Positions 37,489-47,612 of a DNA stretch of 61,843 nucleotides are shown piece by piece (the first letter of the stretch is position 1; each line of letters starts with the position of its first letter). Below the pieces are notes generated by a model. It did not search any database. It was not told the DNA's origin and worked only from the letters and a program-made list of their open reading frames with translations. The stretch is from Candidatus Bathyarchaeota archaeon. GTDB taxonomy: Archaea > Thermoproteota > Bathyarchaeia > Bathyarchaeales > DTEX01. The translations under genes and the position numbers were made by a program. The DNA is taken from the NCBI GenBank assembly GCA_018396655.1, contig JAGTQF010000001.1:1-61843 (forward strand), read 5' to 3'.

Positions 37489-38214
37489 ATGTTAATGTCC
37501 ATTAGGCCGTTCCTATTGGTGATGATGTGGGTGTTGGGTTTGCATCTGAAGATAGACTTTCACGTCCATACCTTATATTCGGATGGAACTGGCTCTGTTA
37601 AAGATGTTCTGAGGGCTGCGGAGCATAAAGGTTTAGATGGCTTAGCCATAACGGATCATGATACTCTTGAGGGGTATTTCGAGGCTAAATCCTATAATAA
37701 CCATCTAGTAGTTTTGCCCGGCTATGAGATTGTTACGGATGCTGGGCACATTCTGGTTATAGGCTTAGAGAGGTTGCCACCCAACATTGGAGGGAAAAAG
37801 CCATCCTCATATGAAAGCCTAATAGAATGGGTTAGGTTTAACGGTGGCTTATCCATCCTAGCGCATCCAGCTATAGGGAGACTGAAAATGGGTAGGTGGA
37901 TGAGATGTAAGCCCGATGCCATCGAGGTCTTAAATGCCTCATATCCATTTTATCGTCTCTATGTTGGTAGAGGATTGAAGGTATCTTCGAGACTTGGTGT
38001 TGCTGGCGTTGGTGGGAGCGACGCACATAATCCCCTAAGTATTGGTGATGCATACACGGTAGTAGAGGTAGCCGAGGAAGACTCCATTATTGAAGCTGTT
38101 AAGAGGGGGAGAGTTAAATATGAGGGTAGTCTCTCATCCCCAAAAATGAGGCTCAAAATAGGGGCAGCATATTTGTTCTCCAGAATATGCTCGTGGCTCT
38201 CACTTAAATCCTGA
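37489..38214 (+). CDS. PHP-domain metallohydrolase
   Basis: DFHVHT.YSDG, AITDHD, GH, AHP, EVLNA, GGSDAH. Confidence 0.9.
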   Translation: MLMSIRPFLLVMMWVLGLHLKIDFHVHTLYSDGTGSVKDVLRAAEHKGLDGLAITDHDTLEGYFEAKSYNNHLVVLPGYEIVTDAGHILVIGLERLPPNIGGKKPSSYESLIEWVRFNGGLSILAHPAIGRLKMGRWMRCKPDAIEVLNASYPFYRLYVGRGLKVSSRLGVAGVGGSDAHNPLSIGDAYTVVEVAEEDSIIEAVKRGRVKYEGSLSSPKMRLKIGAAYLFSRICSWLSLKS

Positions 38215-38254
38215 TGATACCTCCCTATCCTCTTGAGATAGCCTCTCCCTCTCT
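38215..38254. repeat. Dispersed intergenic motif, copy B (copy A at 6272-6309)
   Basis: TGATACCTCCCTATC + 8-nt spacer + ATAGCCTCTCCCTCTCT, enclosed by a 12-bp stem (38206-38217 with 38273-38284). Confidence 0.8.
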
Positions 38255-38495
38255 TCAACATTAATCTTCACTTCATCAGAATTTGTCCTTTCATTTTTCC
38301 GCGAATTTTGCTAATGATTAATTAATCTTTTTCTCTTTGGATGGCAAAGTTTATTAATCTCATCTATTGTTTAGCTTTTGCCCTTAGAGTTGTATTTAGT
38401 GGTTGCGTTTAATGAGGCGGTTTGATGGGGGAAAGCTTGATATATATTAATGGCTTAAGCAATCTTAAATGCTTATGGGAGGGTAGGTTTGAGGT

Positions 38496-41400
38496 TTGAT
38501 CAGCCCGGATGATGCTTTCACGGTTTTTAAGGCCTTCTTTGAGGAGAAAGGGCTGGTCAGGCAGCATTTAGACTCATATAATGAGTTCGTTGAGCACGGG
38601 CTTCAGGAAATAATAAATGAAGTTGGCGAGATAGACATTGAGGTTCCGGAGGGACCATACAAAATAAAATTTGGTAAAGTTTTTATTGCACGTGAAACCG
38701 AGAACGGAGTTATTTATGGACCATATGTCACCGAAGTCGATGGTACACGCCATGAGATATATCCGATGGAGGCCCGACTAAGAAACCTAACGTATGCGAT
38801 GCCAATATCAGTCGAGATGACGCCGGTAATCGGCGGAAGGGAGATGGATAAAGAGATAGTTTACATAGGCGATTTACCAACAATGCTCAAGTCAAAATAC
38901 TGCCACCTCTCCGGCCTCTCGGAGGAAGAGCTGATTAGACATGGTGAAGACCCATTAGACCCAGGGGGCTACTTCATAATTAATGGTTCTGAAAGGGTTA
39001 TTGTCGCCCTTGAGGATTTAGCGCCAAATCGCATACTCGTTGATGTTGAAACTAAGGGTGCTATGCCAGTTTATAGGGCCAAAATCTTCTCAACAACAGT
39101 TGGTTTTAGGGCTAGAATCGAGATGCGCATGAAGCCTAATGGGGCTCTGCACGTTTCAATACCAGGGGTCCCCTCAGAGATACCATTTGTTGTCCTAATG
39201 AGAGCGCTTGGCCTTGAATCTGATAGGGAAATAGCAGAGGCAGTCTCATTAGATAAGGAAATTCAGAGCGAGTTAGAGCCATCTTTTGAGGAGGCTACTG
39301 GCGTAAACACCGTTGAGGAAGCCCTCCTATTCATTGGTAATAGGGTGGCTCATGGCCAAATCAAAAGTTACCGCCTACAGAGAGCTGAGCTCCTCCTCGA
39401 CAGAAACTTTCTGCCCCACATTGGAAGAACGCCGAGTAAGAGAATTGAAAAAGCTTATTTGCTTGGAGAGATGGCTGCCAGAGTCATTGAGCTAAAGCTT
39501 GGTAGGCGGAAACCAGATGATAAGGACCATGTCAAGAATAAGCGGTTGAAGCTCGCCGGACCACTGCTTGCGGACTTATTCCGTGTGGCTTTCCGAAACC
39601 TCTGCCGAGACATCAAGTATCAGCTTGAGAGGATGGGCTCTAGGAAGCGTATGGTGAGCATATCAATAGCGGTTAGACCTGGAATAATAACCGAGAAGCT
39701 CCAGCACGCGTTGGCAACTGGCAATTGGGGTCGTGGAAAGGTTGGTATAACGCAGCTCCTTGATAGAACAAACTTAATCTCAACATACAGTCACCTTCGA
39801 AGGTTACAGTCACCTTTAAGCCGCAGTCAACCTAACTTTGAAGCCAGAGATTTACATGCAACGCACTGGGGTAGGCTCTGTCCCAATGAAACCCCTGAGG
39901 GTGCGAACTGTGGGCTGGTTAAAAATCTAGCATTATCAGCCTCAATATCTATCGGTGTAGAGCCCGATAAAGTTAGGCACGAACTATATAAGCGTGGTGT
40001 GGTTCCGCTCCTCGAGGCGGATGAATCATTAAAGGTTAATGGCGCTAAAGTCTTCGTTAATGGGGTTCCAATAGGCTATTGTGAGGACCCAGAGAGACTT
40101 GTTAATGAGTTGAGGAGGGCGAGGAGGAGAGGTGAAATATCCCCAGAAATAAATGTGGCTTACTTCTCTGAGGTTTATGGTGTTAAGCGTGAGGTTTATG
40201 TTAACTGTGATGAAGGTAGAATACGTAGGCCGCTAATTATAGTTGATAATAGTGTGCCGAGACTGCGTAAGGAGCACATCGAAAAGATTGTCTCTAAAGA
40301 TTGGACCTGGAGCGACCTAATAAAGCATGGCATAATAGAGTATTTAGACGCTGAGGAGGAGGAAAACGCCTACATCGCCCTATATCCAGAAGACTTAACC
40401 CCCAAACACACCCACCTAGAGCTAACTCCATACGCTATACTTGGAATATGCGCCTCATTAATACCATACCCAGAGCACAATCAGTCACCGCGAAACTCAT
40501 ATGAGTCGGCTATGGCAAAGCAGGCCCTAGGCATATATGCCGTTAACTTCCCATTTAGAGTTGACTCACGCGCCCACATATTACACTATCCACAGAAGCC
40601 CCTTGTAAGAACAAAACCAATGGAGATTATAAGCTACGACTTGAGACCTTCTGGGCAAAATTGCATCGTAGCGGTTCTCTCCTACGAAGGATATAATATG
40701 GAAGATGCGATAATATTTAATAAGGCTTCGATAGAACGTGGACTTGCAAGGTCCACATTTTATAGGCTTTATGAGGCTGAGTGCCGCCAGTATCTGGGTG
40801 GATTAAAGGATAAGCTGACTGTGCCGGAACCTGGAACCAGAGGCTTCCGCGGCGAACAGTACTATCGCTTCTTGGAGTCTGATGGAATAGTGAGCTTAGA
40901 AGCTGAGGTTTCAGGCGGTGATGTGCTGATAGGTAGGGTGAGCCCACCAAGGTTCCTTGAGGAATATAAGGAGTTTGAGGTTAGAGGCCCCTCAATGAGG
41001 GATTCGTCTATTGAGATGAGGCCCTCAGAGAAGGGCATCGTTGACGCCGTCTTCATAACGGAGACCAGTGAAGGAAACCGGTTAGTGAAGGTTAGGGTTA
41101 GAGATGAGCGCATACCGGAATTGGGTGATAAGTTTGCCTCTAGACATGGGCAGAAGGGCGTTATAGGTATGATTGTTCCTCAGGAAGATATGCCCTTCAG
41201 TGTTGACGGCTTAGTTCCAGACATTATAATTAACCCACATGCCATACCCTCAAGGATGACGATTGGCCAGTTTCTCGAGTCGATGGCTGGAAAAATAGCC
41301 GCTTTAAAGGGCGAGTTTATGGATGGAACACCGTTTGTCGGCAAGAGGAGGGGTGAGGCCCTTAAGCGTATGCTCATAAACCTTGGCTTTAGTTATACTG

Positions 41401-41864
41401 GACGTGAGGTTCTCTATAACGGTGTGACCGGCGAGAAATATGTAGCTGACATATTTATGGGCGTCGTTTACTATCAGAAGCTACATCATATGGTGGCTGA
41501 TAAAATACATGCGAGAGCTAGGGGTCAAGTGCAGATGCTAACGAGGCAGCCAACTGAGGGAAGAGCGAGAGGCGGTGGATTACGTTTTGGCGAGATGGAG
41601 AGAGACTGTCTTATTGGGCATGGCGCCGCAATGCTCCTCCAGGATAGGCTTCTTGAAGAATCGGATAAGTATGTGCTGTATGTTTGTGAGAACTGCGGCT
41701 TCATAGCCTATTACGATATGAAACAGAGAAAGTATATGTGCCACTTATGTGGAGATAAAGCGGAGGTTTCGCCAGTCATAGTCTCATATGCTTTCAAGCT
41801 CCTCCTACAAGAATTAATGAGCCTATGTATCGCACCCAGACTTAAGTTAAGGGAGAGAGCGTAA
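38496..41864 (+). CDS. rpoB: DNA-directed RNA polymerase subunit B (Rpo2), unsplit
   Basis: GGYFIINGSE, CPNETPEG, HNQSPRN, GYNMEDA, GDKFASRHGQKG, GGLRFGEMERD. Confidence 0.98.
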   Translation: MISPDDAFTVFKAFFEEKGLVRQHLDSYNEFVEHGLQEIINEVGEIDIEVPEGPYKIKFGKVFIARETENGVIYGPYVTEVDGTRHEIYPMEARLRNLTYAMPISVEMTPVIGGREMDKEIVYIGDLPTMLKSKYCHLSGLSEEELIRHGEDPLDPGGYFIINGSERVIVALEDLAPNRILVDVETKGAMPVYRAKIFSTTVGFRARIEMRMKPNGALHVSIPGVPSEIPFVVLMRALGLESDREIAEAVSLDKEIQSELEPSFEEATGVNTVEEALLFIGNRVAHGQIKSYRLQRAELLLDRNFLPHIGRTPSKRIEKAYLLGEMAARVIELKLGRRKPDDKDHVKNKRLKLAGPLLADLFRVAFRNLCRDIKYQLERMGSRKRMVSISIAVRPGIITEKLQHALATGNWGRGKVGITQLLDRTNLISTYSHLRRLQSPLSRSQPNFEARDLHATHWGRLCPNETPEGANCGLVKNLALSASISIGVEPDKVRHELYKRGVVPLLEADESLKVNGAKVFVNGVPIGYCEDPERLVNELRRARRRGEISPEINVAYFSEVYGVKREVYVNCDEGRIRRPLIIVDNSVPRLRKEHIEKIVSKDWTWSDLIKHGIIEYLDAEEEENAYIALYPEDLTPKHTHLELTPYAILGICASLIPYPEHNQSPRNSYESAMAKQALGIYAVNFPFRVDSRAHILHYPQKPLVRTKPMEIISYDLRPSGQNCIVAVLSYEGYNMEDAIIFNKASIERGLARSTFYRLYEAECRQYLGGLKDKLTVPEPGTRGFRGEQYYRFLESDGIVSLEAEVSGGDVLIGRVSPPRFLEEYKEFEVRGPSMRDSSIEMRPSEKGIVDAVFITETSEGNRLVKVRVRDERIPELGDKFASRHGQKGVIGMIVPQEDMPFSVDGLVPDIIINPHAIPSRMTIGQFLESMAGKIAALKGEFMDGTPFVGKRRGEALKRMLINLGFSYTGREVLYNGVTGEKYVADIFMGVVYYQKLHHMVADKIHARARGQVQMLTRQPTEGRARGGGLRFGEMERDCLIGHGAAMLLQDRLLEESDKYVLYVCENCGFIAYYDMKQRKYMCHLCGDKAEVSPVIVSYAFKLLLQELMSLCIAPRLKLRERA

Positions 41865-41866
41865 AA

Positions 41867-44800
41867 ATGTCAATGGTTGAAGAAGCATATCAAAAAGTAA
41901 TAGACCAGATAAAATTCGGCATACTATCTCCACAAGAGATAAGGAAGATGTCTGTTGTCGAAATTCAAACAGCTGACACCTACGATGAGGATGGGGCGGT
42001 AATACCATCCGGGCTCATGGATAGCCGCCTAGGCGTCCTAGAGCCTGGACAGCGATGTAGAACCTGTGGAAACACATCCGCAAAATGCCCCGGACACTTC
42101 GGGCACATCGAGCTTGCCGTGCCAATAATACACGTGGAGTTTGCAGAGATAATCTATAATTTACTCCAAGCCATATGTAGGAATTGTGGGCGCATATTGC
42201 TCCCGGAGAAGACCACTAAGGCGCTTAGGGCTAGGATGGAGAGGTTGAAGAAGATAATTGGGCATGTTCCGGACTCATTTTATAATAGGGTTTTTGAGGA
42301 GGCGAAGAGAAACCGCGAATGCCCATATTGTGGCGCAAAACAATATAAAATAGAGTTCATTAAGCCAACAATCTTCCATGAGTATACTGAGAAGGAGGGC
42401 TCGCAGCGCTTAACGGCAAGCATGATACGCGAGAGATTTGAGAGAATACCGGATGAAGACCTCGAGCTTTTGGGCTTTGACCCGAAATATGCCCGTCCAG
42501 AATGGATGATACTGCAAGTGCTACCGGTTCCGCCAGTTTATGTTAGGCCATCCATAACGCTTGAGTCTGGAATAAGGTCTGAGGATGATTTAACACATAA
42601 GCTTGTCGACATAATTAGGATAAATCAGAGACTTAAGGAGAATATTGAGGCGGGTGCGCCCACACTTATCATTCAAGATTTATCTGAGCTTCTGGAGTAT
42701 CATGTAACCACATACTTTAATAATGAGTCTTCAGGCATACCACCCTCAAGGCATCGTTCTGGAAGGGCACTTAAAACATTATCGCAGCGCCTCAAGGGTA
42801 AGGAGGGCCGATTTAGAAGCAACCTATCCGGTAAGAGGGTTGATTTCTCAGCCCGCACAGTTATTAGTCCAGACTCAAACTTAGACATAAATGAGGTTGG
42901 TGTCCCAATAAGCGTGGCCATGAGATTAACAGTACCGGAGAAGGTTACTCCGTGGAATATTGAGAGGCTCCGTGAGCTCGTAAAGAATGGTCCGGACAAA
43001 TATCCGGGAGCGCTATATATTATTAGACCTGATGGGAAGAGGGTTAGGCTCGAATTTGTTGCTGATAGGGAGAAGCTTGCTGAAGCCCTTGAGCCGGGCT
43101 TTGTTGTTGAGCGCCATCTACAGGATGGAGATATCGTCATATTTAATAGGCAACCCTCACTGCATAGAATGTCCATAATGGCCCACTATGTTAAGGTTCT
43201 TCCATATAAAACCTTCAGGCTACACTTATGTGTTTGCCCACCCTATAACGCCGACTTCGATGGGGACGAGATGAACCTCCATGTTCCACAGAGCGAGGAG
43301 GCCCAGACCGAGGCTCGCCTGCTCATGCAAGTTCAAGACCACATACTCTCACCTAGATTTGGCGGTCCAATAATAGGCGCCATTAGAGACTTTATAACGG
43401 CAGCTTTTCTCCTAACCAGAAAATCAACACTCTTAGATAAAAGGGAAGTCTGCCAGCTTCTGGCTGCCGCCGAGTATGATGGTCCACTACCCGAACCAGC
43501 CGTTAAAGAGCCTAAACCCCTCTGGACTGGAAAGCAAATATTCAGCCTCTTTCTCCCCAGGGACTTCAATTACACACTTAAGGCGAGCGTCTGTAGGAAT
43601 TGTGAGGTGTGCTTAAAGGATGAGTGTCCCTATGATGCTTACGTCGTCATTAAGAATGGCGTCTTAATTAAAGGCGTCATCGATAAGAATTCTATTGGGG
43701 CTGAAAAGTCGGAGAGCATCCTACATAGGATAATAAAGGATTATGGAACAGAAGCCGGTAGAAAATTCCTCAACCAAGTTAGTCGGCTTCTTACACGCCT
43801 CATATCCATGCGCGGCTTCACATACTCCTTTGACGAGCTAGACCTTTCGGCCGAGGCGAGAAGGAAGATTCGTCAAATAGTGAAGAACTCTGAGAAGAGA
43901 ATAGAGAGTTTAACTAAGGCTTTACGTGAAGGAACCCTAGAGAAGCTTCCTGGGCAGACGCTTTTAGACTCCTTTGAGCTTTATGTCATGAATGAGCTGG
44001 CTGAAGCTCGTGAGAAGGCTGGTAAAGTCGCTGAAGAGGACCTTGAGATTGATAATTCTGGCATAATAATGACGAAGACTGGTGCAAGGGGCTCAACGCT
44101 CAATATTGGGCAGATGACAGCAATTTTGGGCCAGCAGTCAATTCGAGGAAAGCGTGTCATACGCGGCTACCTTGAGAGGGCCCTACCGCACTTTGAGATT
44201 GGAGACCCATCGCCGAAAGCAAGGGGCTTCGTCTATTCATCCTATAGAGATGGCTTAGACCCAATAGAGTTCTTCTTCCATGCTATGGGTGGACGTGAAG
44301 GTCTAGTTGATACCGCTGTTAGGACACAGCAGAGCGGCTATATGCAGAGAAGGCTAATTAACGCTCTGGAGCACTTACGTGTTGAATATGATGGAACGGT
44401 TAGGAATCCGCTGGGCGAAATAATTCAATTCAAGTATGGTGAGGATGGTGTGGACCCTGCAAAAAGCGACCATGGCAAGGCGGTTAATGTTGCTAGGCTT
44501 ATTGAGCAGGTTAGGCTCATGGTTGAGGTTGGTGAGCCGGCTCCCAGAGATTACATTGAGGAGAGAGTGAATAGAGTTAAGAATGAGCTTACACTGCTTC
44601 TTGTGCGTGAGCTTATAGAGGGGCTCTCCACCTCTAACCTAAGTAAAGAGGGTGTTGACCTAACTGTTAAGCTAGCTCTAGAGCGCTACAAGAGGGCTCT
44701 CGTTGAGCCGGGAGAGGCTGTTGGTATCGTTGCAGCACAGTCTATAGGTGAACCCGGAACGCAAATGACTCTAAGAACATTCCACTATGCTGGTGTTAGG

Positions 44801-45706
44801 GAGCAGAATGTAACCCTCGGCCTTCCACGCTTAATAGAGATTGTTGATGCGAGAAGGGAGCCCTCAACACCTATAATGACGATATATCTGGATGAGGAGC
44901 ATGGGGGAAGCCGAGAGAAAGCAACCGAGGTAGCTCGGAAAATACTGTATACAACTATTGAAGATATCTCCGAGATGACGTATATTAATCCGGAAACCAG
45001 CGGAGTAGTTGTTAAGCTTGATATGCGTGAGATGCAGGAGCGCGGTATAACATTAGATGAACTTAAGGGAATAGTTAACATACCCGGCTGCTCCATAACA
45101 TTTGAAGGAGAAATGATGTCGATTGAGCCCAAGAAGAAGATGGATGCTAAGAAACTCCTAACTAAGGTATTATCTTATCATATAAAGGGTATACCGGGAA
45201 TTAAGAGGGTTTACGTATCTGAAGAGAAGGGCGAGTGGATTATAAAGACGGACGGCTCTAACTTACCGAGGGTTCTCGAAGTTATAGGCGTAGACCCAAC
45301 GAGAACCACCACAAACAACATACATGAGATAGAGAAGACGCTGGGGATAGAGGCCGCTAGAAACGCCATCATCGAGGAGGCTATGGGCGTACTTGAGGAG
45401 CAAGGGTTAGATGTCGACGTGAGACACATAATGCTCGTAGCTGACGTAATGACGGCAACCGGAAACGTTAGGCAGATAGGAAGGCATGGAGTTAGCGGCG
45501 AGAAACCCAGCGTTCTAGCTAGAGCCGCATTCGAAATAACGGTTCCAAACATCGTAGAGGCGGCGGTTAAGGGCGAAACCGATCCGCTAAAAGGCGTAAC
45601 TGAGAATGTTATAGTCGGACAGGCTATACCTGTGGGAACTGGTCTGGTCGATATTTACATGACTGCGCCTTCCGCGATTAAATCATCTAGTGAGGAGGGT
45701 GAGTAG
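41867..45706 (+). CDS. rpoA: DNA-directed RNA polymerase largest subunit Rpo1 (A' and A'' in one ORF)
   Basis: CPGHFGHIEL, NLSGKRVDFSAR, catalytic NADFDGD, GGREGL.DTA; continues in frame into EPGEAVG..AAQSIGEPGTQMTL and LARAAFE. Confidence 0.97.
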   Translation: MSMVEEAYQKVIDQIKFGILSPQEIRKMSVVEIQTADTYDEDGAVIPSGLMDSRLGVLEPGQRCRTCGNTSAKCPGHFGHIELAVPIIHVEFAEIIYNLLQAICRNCGRILLPEKTTKALRARMERLKKIIGHVPDSFYNRVFEEAKRNRECPYCGAKQYKIEFIKPTIFHEYTEKEGSQRLTASMIRERFERIPDEDLELLGFDPKYARPEWMILQVLPVPPVYVRPSITLESGIRSEDDLTHKLVDIIRINQRLKENIEAGAPTLIIQDLSELLEYHVTTYFNNESSGIPPSRHRSGRALKTLSQRLKGKEGRFRSNLSGKRVDFSARTVISPDSNLDINEVGVPISVAMRLTVPEKVTPWNIERLRELVKNGPDKYPGALYIIRPDGKRVRLEFVADREKLAEALEPGFVVERHLQDGDIVIFNRQPSLHRMSIMAHYVKVLPYKTFRLHLCVCPPYNADFDGDEMNLHVPQSEEAQTEARLLMQVQDHILSPRFGGPIIGAIRDFITAAFLLTRKSTLLDKREVCQLLAAAEYDGPLPEPAVKEPKPLWTGKQIFSLFLPRDFNYTLKASVCRNCEVCLKDECPYDAYVVIKNGVLIKGVIDKNSIGAEKSESILHRIIKDYGTEAGRKFLNQVSRLLTRLISMRGFTYSFDELDLSAEARRKIRQIVKNSEKRIESLTKALREGTLEKLPGQTLLDSFELYVMNELAEAREKAGKVAEEDLEIDNSGIIMTKTGARGSTLNIGQMTAILGQQSIRGKRVIRGYLERALPHFEIGDPSPKARGFVYSSYRDGLDPIEFFFHAMGGREGLVDTAVRTQQSGYMQRRLINALEHLRVEYDGTVRNPLGEIIQFKYGEDGVDPAKSDHGKAVNVARLIEQVRLMVEVGEPAPRDYIEERVNRVKNELTLLLVRELIEGLSTSNLSKEGVDLTVKLALERYKRALVEPGEAVGIVAAQSIGEPGTQMTLRTFHYAGVREQNVTLGLPRLIEIVDARREPSTPIMTIYLDEEHGGSREKATEVARKILYTTIEDISEMTYINPETSGVVVKLDMREMQERGITLDELKGIVNIPGCSITFEGEMMSIEPKKKMDAKKLLTKVLSYHIKGIPGIKRVYVSEEKGEWIIKTDGSNLPRVLEVIGVDPTRTTTNNIHEIEKTLGIEAARNAIIEEAMGVLEEQGLDVDVRHIMLVADVMTATGNVRQIGRHGVSGEKPSVLARAAFEITVPNIVEAAVKGETDPLKGVTENVIVGQAIPVGTGLVDIYMTAPSAIKSSSEEGE

Positions 45707-45708
45707 GT

Positions 45709-46035
45709 ATGAGTGGGCTTAGTAAGGGCGAGATTGACAAGTCCCTCAGTATAGCTGTTAGGACTGGGAAAATTTTATTTGGGTCGAATGTCACTATAAA
45801 GAATGCTATGACTGGGAAGATTAGGCTAGCAATTGTTGCAGCTAACTGCCCAAGAGATAGGCGTGAGAAAATTGAGTATTACTGTAAGCTCTCCGGCATC
45901 CCGGTTCTTATTTATCCTGGCTCAAGCCTAGATTTAGGTTCAGCATGTGGAAAACCTTTTTCAGTTGCCGCTTTAGCAATTAGAGACCCGGGTGATTCTG
46001 ATATACTTAGGTTTGTGGGTGGTGGAAATGTCTAG
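45709..46035 (+). CDS. rpl30e: 50S ribosomal protein L30e
   Basis: TGK...G...T, AANCP, LG.ACGKPF, DPGDSDIL. Confidence 0.95.
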   Translation: MSGLSKGEIDKSLSIAVRTGKILFGSNVTIKNAMTGKIRLAIVAANCPRDRREKIEYYCKLSGIPVLIYPGSSLDLGSACGKPFSVAALAIRDPGDSDILRFVGGGNV

Positions 46036-46465
46036 GGGTATACGTCTCACAAATGACGAGCTTGAGTATATGAGACTCTTCGAGTCTATAACTGGCGCCA
46101 TGGTTAGAGACTGCATAATTGACCAGAAATTTGATAGGGTTATCTTTGTGATTAAGGAGGGCGATGCTGGCATAGCCATAGGCAAGGGTGGAAAGAACAT
46201 CGCTTTGCTCGAAAAGATTACTGGCAAAAAATATGAGGTGGTTGAGTTCTCCGATGACCCTGTTCAGCTCATAAAGAATGCTTTAAAGCCAGCAAATGTT
46301 AAGGAGGTACGCATAACTAAGAAACCCGATGGAAGCACGATAGCTGTAGTCTCGGTTGACAGCAAGGATAAAGGAATAGCGATAGGAAAGAACGGCCGAA
46401 ATGCTGAGAAAATAAGATTCTTGGCGAAGCGCTATTTTAACATAAGCAATGTCCTAATAGTTTAG
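46028..46465 (+). CDS. nusA: Archaeal NusA-like transcription factor (KH domains)
   Basis: FESITGA...DC, G.AIGKGG.N, KGIAIGKNG.N; ATG at 46028. Confidence 0.93.
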   Translation: MSRGIRLTNDELEYMRLFESITGAMVRDCIIDQKFDRVIFVIKEGDAGIAIGKGGKNIALLEKITGKKYEVVEFSDDPVQLIKNALKPANVKEVRITKKPDGSTIAVVSVDSKDKGIAIGKNGRNAEKIRFLAKRYFNISNVLIV

Positions 46466-46555
46466 TCTTCATCAATGCTGGAAACACAACGAAATGTTTA
46501 TAATTAGAAACGCGAATTGGCAAATATAAATAATTGGAATGATAGGGAGCTAAAT

Positions 46556-46993
46556 ATGGCTAAGAAAACTAGAGGTGAGTTTGCGGCAAGAAAGCTAATT
46601 GAAAGAAGGAAGAAAATGCGTTGGAAGAGCATATATTATAAAAGGCGCATGCTCATGCTGGACGTTAAATCAGACCCCCTTGAAGGCGCTCCAATGGCGC
46701 GTGGGATAGTCCTCGAGAAGGTTGGGCGTGAGAGTAAGCAGCCCAACAGCGCAATAAGAAAATGTGTGAGGGTTCAGCTGATAAAGAATGGTAAGGTTGT
46801 GACAGCTTTTTTACCTGGCGATGGAGCCTTAAATGTTGTTGATGAGCATGATGAGGTTATTATTGAGGGTATAGGTGGCTCAAGAGGGCGCTCTATGGGA
46901 GACATTCCCGGAGTAAGATGGAAGGTTGTAACGGTTAATGGAATAGCGCTTAAAGACCTTGTTGTAGGTAAGAGGGAGAAGCCTCGACGATAA
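46556..46993 (+). CDS. rps12: 30S ribosomal protein S12 (uS12)
   Basis: [26 protein letters not shown]; ATG at 46556. Confidence 0.97.
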   Translation: MAKKTRGEFAARKLIERRKKMRWKSIYYKRRMLMLDVKSDPLEGAPMARGIVLEKVGRESKQPNSAIRKCVRVQLIKNGKVVTAFLPGDGALNVVDEHDEVIIEGIGGSRGRSMGDIPGVRWKVVTVNGIALKDLVVGKREKPRR

Positions 46994-47009
46994 AAGCCTT
47001 CTTAAGTGC

Positions 47010-47522
47010 TTAGATATCCGCATATTCCTTCAAGAGCGTATTTATAATCTTCTCCTTCTCGGCTTCGGTTGAATATTCTATTGGAAAATGCTTTCTTAAA
47101 GGTATAATTAGGAAGTGCAGTATCTTATTTTCCTGGTCGTCCCAAATCTCCACCATGCCACTTTTTTCCTTTAAATTTGAGCGCTCTCTTATAACCTCAT
47201 AAAGTTCATCAAAGCCCACGTTTGTCTTTGACATGAGTATGCGGTCCTCGAGCTTTAGCGCATACACGTCTAATCTTTCCTCGGAAATATAGTTCTTTAC
47301 AAGTCCGTAAATATGGTTTATGTCAGTCTTTATGTCAGCTATTGCACCATAGTCGCTATCAGCCCTCAGAAAACTCCTCATTAACGTATCAATAAGTTTG
47401 GTTATGCCCGTTTCCTCCTCAGAAAACTCTCCCTCGACCCTTTTCCTTAAGGATGAGATTTTTTGAGGGGTCATAGAACCACTCTGCTTATCAGAATCCC
47501 CAGCAAATGTGCCAATTATCAC
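47010..47522 (-). CDS. Hypothetical protein
   Basis: 170-aa ORF, no recognised motif. Confidence 0.65.
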   Translation of the reverse strand: MIIGTFAGDSDKQSGSMTPQKISSLRKRVEGEFSEEETGITKLIDTLMRSFLRADSDYGAIADIKTDINHIYGLVKNYISEERLDVYALKLEDRILMSKTNVGFDELYEVIRERSNLKEKSGMVEIWDDQENKILHFLIIPLRKHFPIEYSTEAEKEKIINTLLKEYADI

Positions 47523-47612
47523 AAAATATTCTATTTTTTGAGGTTAAAAATTTATTGAGAATATATTTGCCTAAAATTTATGCATGTAATAATGCTGAAA
47601 ACGTCTTGAACT

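Noticed and set aside
2440-45706. Inteins in PolB1, NrdJ, Cdc6, DP2, RpoB or Rpo1
   Set aside because: Lengths are normal, catalytic motifs are contiguous, and no intein splice-junction or LAGLIDADG blocks were seen.
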